This document shows positions 18,531-26,529 of a stretch of 64,000 bases of DNA, piece after piece. Positions within the stretch are counted from its first letter, which is position 1; each line of letters opens with the position of its first letter. The stretch comes from an uncultured Thermoplasmata archaeon. GTDB taxonomy: Archaea > Thermoplasmatota > Thermoplasmata > Lutacidiplasmatales > UBA184. The notes under the pieces were generated by a model. The model had not been told where the DNA came from. It worked only from the letters and a program-made list of their open reading frames with translations, and did no database searches. The translations under genes and the position numbers were made by a program. The stretch lies in NCBI GenBank assembly GCA_963787975.1, contig CAWBEU010000008.1:221583-285582 (forward strand), read 5' to 3'.

Positions 18531-18845
18531 TGCTAGGCTAGACCGGGGGGTTGGGCGTCCCCTTTTACACCGAAACCGTCCTTAGCGGGGGTGACAGGCA
18601 GGAGCGACGCGCACCGAGGGAATCCGTCTCGTTTGTCTTCGTCGACGCTCTGTTCCACTGGGCCGCGGGCACCGCGACGAGCGCTCGGAGGAGCGCCCTA
18701 GCGGTTACCCATCACGGGAACCGGGTCAGGTCCTGACGGGAGCAGCCTTACCGTGACCCGACGACGCTGGTGGGGCGACGGGGCTGAGGAGCGAACGGGG
18801 TCTCCGGATTCTTTCGATGCGCGGCCACCCTGCTGGCCTAGCACC
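18531..18845 (+). ncRNA. Signal recognition particle RNA (archaeal 7S)
   Basis: Helix-8-like motif CCGGGUCAGGUCCUGACGGGAGCAGCC at ~18720-18748. The 5' GCUAGGC (18532-18538) pairs with the 3' GCCUAGC (18836-18842). ~315 nt in a coding gap. Ends are approximate. Confidence 0.8.
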
Positions 18846-18865
18846 GTCTCGTCCTCGAATACCAT

Positions 18866-18890
18866 AGAAAAAGAAGAGAAGGAAAGGGTT
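18866..18890 (-). terminator. Pyrimidine/oligo-T tract downstream of the Kelch/PKD surface-protein gene
   Basis: The minus strand reads CCCTTTCCTTCTCTTCTTTTTCT ~25-50 nt after the TAG at 18914-18916. Archaeal terminators are oligo-T tracts. Confidence 0.3.
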
Positions 18891-18913
18891 CGCGGCGTTC
18901 CTGACGCTCGGCT

Positions 18914-21172
18914 CTAGGAGGGCGGCGGTGGGGGAGGCGATTCTCCCACTCCGGGTGGGGCCTCACCCATGGCTCCTGAGGGAGGCGCTCCGGCGGGAGG
19001 CGCCCCCGCTTGCCAGGGCTGCGCGGTCGCCGGCTTCTTCCGGCGCCGCATCAACAGGAGAGCGGTGAGGATCGCCAGCACGACGACCACGACGCCGATG
19101 ATCAGGTAGGTTCCGGTGTTGCCGAGGTTGAGGCCGTTGGACGGCTTCGCGTTCACGGCGATCGTGACGTTCCTCTTGACCGCCACGCCGAGAGAATCGG
19201 TAACCGTCAGGTTCACCGTGTAGGTGCCGGCTTTGGCGAAGGTGTGGGCCGGGGGGCCTTGCGCGGTGCTGGTCGTACTGTCCCCGAAGCTCCACGCATA
19301 GGTGTACGTCCCGCTGCCGCCCGTCGGGTTCGTCGTGAACGTGACCGCTCCGCCCGCCGTGATGGTCGTCGCCGAGGCGGTAATCGTGGCGACCAGCGCC
19401 GGGTTCACCGTCAGGGAGACCGTCGACTTAGCGGAGCTGACGTAGAAGAAGTCCGACCAGGTCGCGTTCGCGGTGAACGTACCGGCGCTGCCGTACGTGT
19501 ACGGGAAGGCCTTCGTGTACGCGGTGGAGCTGTTCTGTCCTGCGCCGGCGCGCACCACGCTGGAGTGGCCATTGCCGTACGAGAGGTTCCATCCGGCGTA
19601 CCATCCCGTGCCGGTGCCGGCGACCCAGCCGGCCGTGAACGTAACCGCTGTCCCGAGGTCGATCGGGTGCGGGGTCTCGGTCAGGGTCGCCTGCGGCGGC
19701 GTCTCGAAGACCCACTCGTTCTGGGAGCCGTAGTCGGGGCCCGGGGCCCCGGCGTAGAAGCCTCCGACTATGAACACGCCAATGTCCGTGGAGTTCACCG
19801 CGAGGGCGCCTCCGATCATCGGGCCGAAGGCGTCCGGAGCGCCGGGAGTGAGCGTGTGCCAGTGTCCACCGAGGAACGTCCAGGTATCGTTGTACACACT
19901 ATCGAGCGAGTTGTTGAACCCACCGGTCATGAAGACCGCACCGAGCTGAGCGTCCCACGTGATCGAGGGATCGTCGCGCCCGACTGGGGTGCATCCCGGG
20001 CTGCAGACCGCATCGTTCGCGCTGATGTTCACCCAGTTGTTCCCGTAGTCCGCGCCGCCCGCGTAGGTATAGGTATAGTTCTGATCGTACCCCGAGTCGT
20101 AGTCGTAGCCGCCAAAGAGGACCAGATAGCCATCAACGGGGTCGTACGCCATGTGCGTGGTGCCGAGCCAGGTTAACGAACCGAAGCCGGGCCCATAATC
20201 GATCGTTTGCCACCCGGTCGCGGTCAAGAGCCACGTGAGCGACCACGCGTCCAGGCTGCATGCCGAGTCGGAGCATCCGTCGGTGAGAACGAAGCCGTCG
20301 AGGGCTGGGTCCCAGGCGCCGGCGCTGCCGCCGATTCCACCGTAGTCCAGGTAAGCTCCCGTGTCGGTGAGCAGGAGCCCGACCGTCGTGGAGATGTTCG
20401 TCCAGGTGCCGGTGAACAGCCACGTGTCGTTGAGCCCCAGGCCGTCGGCCTGCCACCCTCCGACGAGGATGACGCCGCCGAAGGTTGGGTCATAATCGAA
20501 TCCAGAGTACCATCGCACCGAGGGAGCGGTGGTGAGGGTGCTCGTCAGGTCGGTCCACGTCACACCGTTGTAGGTCCAGGTTTCGTTCACGAAGGGGCCG
20601 TCGGCGGTGACGGTAGTTCCGGCGAACAGCACGACTTCGCCCAGCAGAGGGTCGAACGCGATTCCGCTACCTTGTCCGACTGCGGGAATCACGCCGCCGG
20701 ACGCGGTGGTCAGTTGGGTCGTCACGTTGTACCACGTTGGGTCGGGGGAGGTTGGGACGGAGGAATGAGAGGGAACGGTAGGCGCCGATGAGGAGGCCGC
20801 GCGCACGGTCGAGGCCGGCGCCACAACGGGGTTCGCGTGGGCGCCGACGTGAGGCCCAGAGAGGGTGGGGGGAATTGATCCGCCACAGGTGGCGGCCGTT
20901 GCGGAGGTAACCGAGCACGTCACAGGGGATCCCGAGCGCGGCGTCGCTGCGTTGATGCTCGCCACCGCCTGCTTGAGGAGGGAGGTCCCAGCCGGCGTCA
21001 CATCGGATGCCGTCGCCGCCGCATGCGCCGGCGCCCTGGCGACGGCGCCAACTCCGCCCGACGCGGTGGACGCGAGCCCGCCTCCGAGGATGGCTACGAT
21101 TGCAATGGCTACCACGGCGGTCAGGAATACGGCCCGCGACATCCGCTGACGGTGGATGCTCGCGTATTTCAA
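18914..21172 (-). CDS. Large surface protein: signal/TM, Kelch-like beta-propeller repeats, PKD domains, C-terminal TM and Pro-rich tail
   Basis: 752 aa. Hydrophobic N-terminus (AVFLTAVVAIAIVAILGG; the true start may be the Met at 21142). Repeated ...GG...D.W.. blades (LVLFGGYDYDSGYDQNYTY, AVFMTGGFNNSLDSVYNDTWTF). PKD YAWSFGDSTTSTAQGPPAHTFAKAGTYTVNLTVTD. TM IIGVVVVVLAILTALLL. Confidence 0.8.
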   Translation of the reverse strand: MKYASIHRQRMSRAVFLTAVVAIAIVAILGGGLASTASGGVGAVARAPAHAAATASDVTPAGTSLLKQAVASINAATPRSGSPVTCSVTSATAATCGGSIPPTLSGPHVGAHANPVVAPASTVRAASSSAPTVPSHSSVPTSPDPTWYNVTTQLTTASGGVIPAVGQGSGIAFDPLLGEVVLFAGTTVTADGPFVNETWTYNGVTWTDLTSTLTTAPSVRWYSGFDYDPTFGGVILVGGWQADGLGLNDTWLFTGTWTNISTTVGLLLTDTGAYLDYGGIGGSAGAWDPALDGFVLTDGCSDSACSLDAWSLTWLLTATGWQTIDYGPGFGSLTWLGTTHMAYDPVDGYLVLFGGYDYDSGYDQNYTYTYAGGADYGNNWVNISANDAVCSPGCTPVGRDDPSITWDAQLGAVFMTGGFNNSLDSVYNDTWTFLGGHWHTLTPGAPDAFGPMIGGALAVNSTDIGVFIVGGFYAGAPGPDYGSQNEWVFETPPQATLTETPHPIDLGTAVTFTAGWVAGTGTGWYAGWNLSYGNGHSSVVRAGAGQNSSTAYTKAFPYTYGSAGTFTANATWSDFFYVSSAKSTVSLTVNPALVATITASATTITAGGAVTFTTNPTGGSGTYTYAWSFGDSTTSTAQGPPAHTFAKAGTYTVNLTVTDSLGVAVKRNVTIAVNAKPSNGLNLGNTGTYLIIGVVVVVLAILTALLLMRRRKKPATAQPWQAGAPPAGAPPSGAMGEAPPGVGESPPPPPPS

Positions 21173-21264
21173 CCTCCCTGTCGAATAGGTTCGGAGCGCC
21201 GCGGCGGCTCCGGTCCCGCGACCGGCTTAAATAGCCAGTCCACGCAATCTCGCGAGGGGCGAGT

Positions 21265-21570
21265 ATGCACACATACGTGGACCTCTACTTCTCGCCCGAC
21301 GGCATCTCCCCGCTGCTCATCGCGGAGCGGCTGCGGGAGCATGCCGGCCTCTCGTTCATCGTCGGCACCCATGACCTCGTGTTCGAGTGGTCCAGCGTGA
21401 AACAGTTCCGCGAGCGCCTCCAGAAGCTGCACGACGCTCTCCAGGGGACCGGCGTGACGTACCGGCTCGAGTCGGTGGTCGACGATCCCACGTTCATCGA
21501 ACCCACTCCCTGGCCTCCGCCGCTCCCGGGCGTTGCGCGCGAGAACCCGGGCTACACGCCGGAAACCTAG
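21265..21570 (+). CDS. Hypothetical protein (101 aa)
   Basis: ATG 21265 lies ~35 nt after a TTAAATA box (21226-21233). Composition is protein-like (MHTYVDLYFSPDGISPLLIAERLREHAGLSFIVGTHDLVFEW). No motif recognised. Confidence 0.5.
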   Translation: MHTYVDLYFSPDGISPLLIAERLREHAGLSFIVGTHDLVFEWSSVKQFRERLQKLHDALQGTGVTYRLESVVDDPTFIEPTPWPPPLPGVARENPGYTPET

Positions 21571-21636
21571 TTCCTCGGACCGGCTCGGTGGGCCCCTGGA
21601 GACCCCTCCCACCCCCCCTCTGCGAGTGGAGCTATT

Positions 21637-22152
21637 CTACCAGCCTTCGGCCTTGGGGTCGACCGCGTCCCGCTCCAGCGCCGGGCGCACCGCGTCCGGG
21701 ATGGGCTTCTTGGATCCCTTCGAGTAATCGTAGGTCACGATTGCGGTGTGTCCTCGGGCCGTGACGAGCCGTTGTCGTTCGTCGGAGAAGCGATAGAGTA
21801 GCACAAAGCTCGTGCGTCCGACCGGGCGAGCCGGGGCGACTTCCCCGACGAGCTCGGTCGCGTACTGGACCGGAGCGAGGAACCGGCAGCGAGCTTCGGC
21901 GATGATGATGTCGAGACCGGTAGGGTCGGCGGTGTGACGGAGGCTGAGGTAGTACTCGCAGCGGAGGGTTTCCATGAACCGGAAGTAGACGGCGTGGTTG
22001 AGATGGTTGAGGACGTCGAGCTCTCCGTACTGAATTTTGAAACGGCGGGAGTGAGGCCAGGGTTGGGTAGGGTAGGAGGGAAGGTGGCGAAGGGAGGAGG
22101 AAGGTGGAGAGGAAGGTGAGGGAGGAAGGGTAGGAGAGGAGGTCGGAGACAT
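21637..22152 (-). CDS. Acyl-CoA thioesterase (4HBT/YbgC-like hotdog fold) with S/P-rich N-terminal tail
   Basis: Core FKIQYGELDVLNHLNHAVYFRFMETLRCEYY...IIIAEARCRFLAPV...TSFVLLYRF. The nearest in-frame start is ATG 22152, with a TTATAT box at 22179-22184. Confidence 0.8.
   Translation of the reverse strand: MSPTSSPTLPPSPSSPPSSSLRHLPSYPTQPWPHSRRFKIQYGELDVLNHLNHAVYFRFMETLRCEYYLSLRHTADPTGLDIIIAEARCRFLAPVQYATELVGEVAPARPVGRTSFVLLYRFSDERQRLVTARGHTAIVTYDYSKGSKKPIPDAVRPALERDAVDPKAEGW
22055..22148. repeat. Polypurine (GGA/GGT-rich) low-complexity tract with G-quadruplex-type motif
   Basis: Plus strand GGGTTGGGTAGGGTAGGAGGG (22060-22080), followed by GAAGGTGGCGAAGGGAGGAGGAAGGTGGAGAGGAAGGTGAGGGAGGAAGGGTAGGAGAGGAGG. 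Confidence 0.7.
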
Positions 22153-22326
22153 CTGAGGGGAGAGAGCGGTGGTCCGGATTATATGGTAATGGATGGTGGG
22201 ACGCCTTCGGGTTGGGGTCGACCTCTTGGGTAGGATCACGGGGGGCTTCCGGGCGGCTCGCGTCGGGGCGCGTGACGCGGTGAGCCCTTCGCGGGGTTCC
22301 ACTGGAAACAAGGGGGTGGGGGTCTA

Positions 22327-23661
22327 ATGGCCGACGTTCCGGCAGGCAGCCCCTCGGTGGAGACCGACATGGCCCAGACGGTGGAGCGGGTCCGGGACGC
22401 GGTTCGGCGGCATACCACCCGGTTCGAGCGCGCAATCCCGTTGATCGCGAGCGAGAACCTGCTCTCGCCGTACGCGAAGGAGCTGTTGATCAGCGATTTT
22501 CATTCTCGGTATGCCGAAGGTCTCCCGGGGGAGCGCTACTACGAGGGGAACGAGCAGGTCGATGAGGTGGAGACGCTCTGTCTCGACCTCGCAAAGCGGC
22601 TGTTCCGCTGTTCATTCGCCGACGTGCGTCCGATCTCCGGCACGGTAGCGAACTTCGCGGTGCTCAAGGCGATGGCCGAGCCCGGCGACCTCGTCGGCAC
22701 GTGCCGGCTCGCCGATGGCGCCCACATCTCGAGCGCGTCGTTCGGCGCCTTCGGCGTCCGGGGCGTGAAACCGGTCTACTATGCGTGGGACACCGAGCGG
22801 ATGACCATCGACGTCGCGCGCACGAAGGAGATCCTGCGCGCCGTGCGCCCCAAGCTTTGCCTGTTCGGCCTCTCGCTGTTCCTCTTCCCGCTGCCCGTCC
22901 AGGAGCTCTCCTCCACTCTCCAAGACATCGGCGCGCGTGGATGGTACGACGGCGCACACGTGCTCGGCCTGATCGCGGGCGGCGAGTTCCAGGACCCGCT
23001 CCACGAGGGATGTGTGGTGATCTCCGCGTCCACCCACAAGACGCTCCCCGGACCGCAGCACGGAATCCTGCTCGGGAACACCGACGACCCGGAGATCCCG
23101 AAGCGGCTCGCGTCGGCCGCGTTCCCCGGCGTCACGAGCAACCATCACCTCCACACGATGGCCGCGTTGGCCGTGAGCCTCGCCGAGCATCTCGCCTTCG
23201 GCCGGGCGTATGCGCGGCAGGTGATCGCGAACGCAAAGGCCCTGGGCGCGGCATTGCACGAGCGCGGTTTTGACGTGCTCGGGGAGAATCTCGGCTTCAC
23301 CGCCTCCCATACCCTGGCCGTTCGGGTCGCCCGGGAAGGGGGTGGGGAGGAGGTGGCCCGGCGGCTGGCCGCGGCGGGGATCATCACGAACAAGAACCTC
23401 TTGCCCGGCGACACGAGCTCGAAGCACCCCGGCGGGATCCGGCTGGGCACGCCGGAGGTGACCCGGGTGGGCATGACCGAAAAGGAGATGCTCCGGATCG
23501 CGGAGCTGATGGACGACCTTTTGCATCGCGGGAAGGCCCCCGAGTCGGTCGCGGCCGACGTCGCCGCGTTCAAGTCCGGTTTCACCGGCCTACGGTACTG
23601 CTTCGGCGCCGGTGAGGCGGCCTACCGGTACTACGACCTCGTCGGTCACCCGCCGCCCTGA
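22327..23661 (+). CDS. glyA: Serine hydroxymethyltransferase
   Basis: 444 aa. Motifs LIASENLLSPYAKELL, RYAEGLPGERYYEGNEQVDEVE, VVISASTHKTLPGPQHG (PLP lysine). An alternative start is the Met at 22369. Confidence 0.9.
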   Translation: MADVPAGSPSVETDMAQTVERVRDAVRRHTTRFERAIPLIASENLLSPYAKELLISDFHSRYAEGLPGERYYEGNEQVDEVETLCLDLAKRLFRCSFADVRPISGTVANFAVLKAMAEPGDLVGTCRLADGAHISSASFGAFGVRGVKPVYYAWDTERMTIDVARTKEILRAVRPKLCLFGLSLFLFPLPVQELSSTLQDIGARGWYDGAHVLGLIAGGEFQDPLHEGCVVISASTHKTLPGPQHGILLGNTDDPEIPKRLASAAFPGVTSNHHLHTMAALAVSLAEHLAFGRAYARQVIANAKALGAALHERGFDVLGENLGFTASHTLAVRVAREGGGEEVARRLAAAGIITNKNLLPGDTSSKHPGGIRLGTPEVTRVGMTEKEMLRIAELMDDLLHRGKAPESVAADVAAFKSGFTGLRYCFGAGEAAYRYYDLVGHPPP

Positions 23662-25826
23662 TGGCCCCGGGGCTCCGTCGTCGGGTCCTCTTCCTCGAGC
23701 GGGTCCGGCGTCGCCGGCAGCATCGTCGGGTCGAACTGGATGGTCGGCGCAGATGGGCGGGGCGCCGCGCGACGGTACACCAGACGGCGGTCGGGGGCGC
23801 GGCTCGGGATCAGGCTGCCGTCGGCCACCAGGGCGGCGATCCATTCGGCCCATTCCTCGGGCGCCACCGGCGGACCGGTCCAGCCCGCCACGAGCTCGTC
23901 GGGTCGACGGGGAGTAACGGGGTCGGCTTGCGCGAGCAGGTGGTCTCGGCCCCGGGCCATGCGCTCGAGCTCGTTCTCCTCGACCCGATCCCCGCGCGTG
24001 TCGGTGGCCGGGGTCCTACCCCGCCGTCGAACATCCCACGCGACCAGGAGAACGCCGACGGCGAGTGCGGTCAGGAAGCCGAAGAGGATCCGGCCCGAGG
24101 TCCCCGCGAAGACGGAACCGCTCGGGGTTCCCGGGCGGACGGGCGTGGAGGTGACGTTGAGTCGGAACACCACCGTGGTCTCGCTACCGAGGGCGTCCCG
24201 CAGCGTCACGGTCAGGTTGGCGGAGCCCGTTGACGAGGGTTGATACGGGCAGGTCACCGGGCCGTCGGAATCGACGTAGTCAGGGCAGGAAAAGACGGCG
24301 GACCGGGAGGAGTTCCACCATGCGCTGATCGGCAATGCCCCTCCCGCGACGACCACGGACAGTGCCGCGGTCTCGTTGGCGAAGAGCGTGATCGATGAGC
24401 TCCCGTTGACCCGTGCCGTGAGGATCGGCACAACCACTATGGCGGCGGACGACGAGACGTTCTCGCCGAACCGATCGACGACGGAGGCCCGGAGCTCGTA
24501 CTCGCCCGGCGCAGGAAAGGTCACGTCGAAGATCCACGCCGTTGAGTTCTGGGAGAGGCAAGTTAGGGTCCGGACGCCGTTCACGGTGAGGCAGGCCGGA
24601 CCGTAGGGGGCGCTCCCGGTTCCGTTAGTCACGTTCAATGCGAGCTCAATCGTTCGGTTCGGGTAGGTAACGGGCGTCGGCGCGGTGAGGGTCACCTGCT
24701 CGACGGGATGCACTGACACCGGGCCGAGGGAGAGCTGGCCGTCGGAGTAGCCGTTCGAGATCGAGGCGGTCGGGAGGGCGGTGCCCGCCGCGGGATAGGC
24801 TGCCTGGACCTGACAGGTGAGGTTGGCCGTACCGTTCGGGAGGCGGGTGCTGTCGCAGGAGCCGCTCACCGAGCCCGCGCCGAGGCCCGGATCGATCGTG
24901 GCCGAGTAGGCGTATCCGGCGGCCCCGGAGCCCATCACGTAAAATGTGACCGGCGCGCCCGGGTCCACCGGCGTGGGCGACGCGGTGGCGGAGAGAACTC
25001 TCGTGGAAACGGGTAAGAGGGAGAGCACAGCGGATTGGGCCGACTCCGTCGTCGTACCGTAGGTGGCCGCGACGGTCACCGAGAGGGATCCGGTCCAGCC
25101 GCTGTCCGTGCCTACGACCGTGACATTGGGTCCGGTCTGTGACCAGATGCCCCATTGGAGCCCGGCCAGGTTGAAGACGTACGTCAGCGGACCGGGTGCG
25201 GGATTGCCCACGGAGTTCCACGCCGTGGCCGATAGATCGACGTGCGCGTTGGTGCTGACGACCTCGGTGCCGGTTACGTTCAGTCTCGCTTCCGAGAGCT
25301 CGGCGTACCAGCCGATCGCTCCCGGGCTCGTACCACCCCCTGGATCGCGCTCAAAAAATCCTGCCGGTGCGCCGGAGGTGGCGTAGCCGAGGGGCCCGAA
25401 GGGGCCCGAATACAGGGTGCACACGGCCGGAATGCACCGATCGGAAGGGACCGGCAGCGCGATGGAAAAATTCCCACCGGCCGCGGTGGTTCCGTAGGCC
25501 ACGGTCGGCACGCAGCTCTCGGCCGTCGAGTTGTTAACTTTTTGGACCTCGGTGTAGAAGTAATCGGCCCGGACTGACACGCCGACGACCGAAGGAAGAG
25601 GCGTCGAGTTGCCGACGAGGATCAGGGTTCCGGTCGCGGCTGTCGGAACCGCGGCACCGAGACACGCCCCGCTAACGGTGGGTGTGGGGCGCGCGTTCGT
25701 CGGGGGCCCGACCGGAACGGCGGCCAGTCCGACGGCCGACAAGAGCAGTGCCAAGGCCGTGGCCACCAGGATCCGGGCGGCCGCGGGCGCGAGGCGGGCC
25801 ACCGGAAGGGGGGTCGAGCGTCGCAT
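23646..25826 (-). CDS. Large sequon-rich surface glycoprotein-like protein (Ig/PKD-like repeats), TM anchor and ~125-aa cytoplasmic tail
   Basis: 726 aa. Signal ARILVATALALLLSAVGLAAV. More than 15 N-x-S/T sequons. TM ILFGFLTALAVGVLLVAW, then an acidic tail. The 3' end overlaps glyA by 16 nt (convergent). Confidence 0.75.
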   Translation of the reverse strand: MRRSTPLPVARLAPAAARILVATALALLLSAVGLAAVPVGPPTNARPTPTVSGACLGAAVPTAATGTLILVGNSTPLPSVVGVSVRADYFYTEVQKVNNSTAESCVPTVAYGTTAAGGNFSIALPVPSDRCIPAVCTLYSGPFGPLGYATSGAPAGFFERDPGGGTSPGAIGWYAELSEARLNVTGTEVVSTNAHVDLSATAWNSVGNPAPGPLTYVFNLAGLQWGIWSQTGPNVTVVGTDSGWTGSLSVTVAATYGTTTESAQSAVLSLLPVSTRVLSATASPTPVDPGAPVTFYVMGSGAAGYAYSATIDPGLGAGSVSGSCDSTRLPNGTANLTCQVQAAYPAAGTALPTASISNGYSDGQLSLGPVSVHPVEQVTLTAPTPVTYPNRTIELALNVTNGTGSAPYGPACLTVNGVRTLTCLSQNSTAWIFDVTFPAPGEYELRASVVDRFGENVSSSAAIVVVPILTARVNGSSSITLFANETAALSVVVAGGALPISAWWNSSRSAVFSCPDYVDSDGPVTCPYQPSSTGSANLTVTLRDALGSETTVVFRLNVTSTPVRPGTPSGSVFAGTSGRILFGFLTALAVGVLLVAWDVRRRGRTPATDTRGDRVEENELERMARGRDHLLAQADPVTPRRPDELVAGWTGPPVAPEEWAEWIAALVADGSLIPSRAPDRRLVYRRAAPRPSAPTIQFDPTMLPATPDPLEEEDPTTEPRGHQGGG

Positions 25827-25948
25827 ACATCCGCTCCTTGTTCCGGGAGTACCGGAACACGGGAGGAGCGACTCCCCAGAGCGTGAGAGGGGGTCTTAAT
25901 CCGTCCGGCGCCGGGCCGGAGGTGAGAGAGTCCCCTGACCCACTCGGG

Positions 25949-26494
25949 CTAGGGTCCCGCCGGCGGCCGGGGGAGTCGTCCGAGCGGCACGCGGTCCCGG
26001 ACGAGGTGCCGAGCGCCCGTCGGGAGAAGCTCGCTCTCCTTGAGAACGATCTCCGATACCGTCGTCCGAGTCCAGACCCGGGCGGCGTTTTCCGGTTCGG
26101 CCAGGAACCGGCTCGCCCATGCGGTGTCTCGTGGGGACCGGGTCCGGGCGAGGGTGAGATGCGGAACGAAAGGTCGGTGTTCCGTGGGAAATCCTCGGGA
26201 GGACAGGGCGGCGCGCAACCGGTCCACCAACGAGCGGACCGCCACGGTTCCGTCGCCCACGCCGGCCCAGACCACGCGAGGTCGCTGGGTCGTGGGGAAC
26301 GCTCCGATCCCGCGGACCTCGAGGTCGAACGGACCGGCTCCACCGGCCACCTCCGCCATCGCCTCGACCACGGCCGGGATCCGGTCGACCGGGAGCTCCT
26401 CGAAGAAATGGAGCGTGAGGTGGTCTTCCGGCCGGAGTCCGACCGGGAGTGGTCCGTCGAGCGCGGGCAGGTCGATGGCCACGAACGCTCGCAT
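25949..26494 (-). CDS. thpR: RNA 2',3'-cyclic phosphodiesterase (2H phosphoesterase, LigT/ThpR)
   Basis: 181 aa with two H-x-T-x motifs, HLTLHF and HLTLAR. Confidence 0.85.
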   Translation of the reverse strand: MRAFVAIDLPALDGPLPVGLRPEDHLTLHFFEELPVDRIPAVVEAMAEVAGGAGPFDLEVRGIGAFPTTQRPRVVWAGVGDGTVAVRSLVDRLRAALSSRGFPTEHRPFVPHLTLARTRSPRDTAWASRFLAEPENAARVWTRTTVSEIVLKESELLPTGARHLVRDRVPLGRLPRPPAGP

Positions 26495-26529
26495 CGGGGG
26501 TCGAACCTCTCCTCAGGCGAGGGGCGGTA

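Noticed and set aside
18551-18736. 61-aa ORF inside the 18.45-18.9 kb coding gap.
   Set aside because: The region folds as, and carries the motifs of, SRP RNA, so the ORF is incidental.
25949-26494. Counting thpR as a functional component of the upstream ATPase-nuclease module.
   Set aside because: 2H phosphodiesterases are common stand-alone housekeeping genes in archaea. Adjacency and co-orientation alone are insufficient. The linkage is mentioned in the finding only as something to test.
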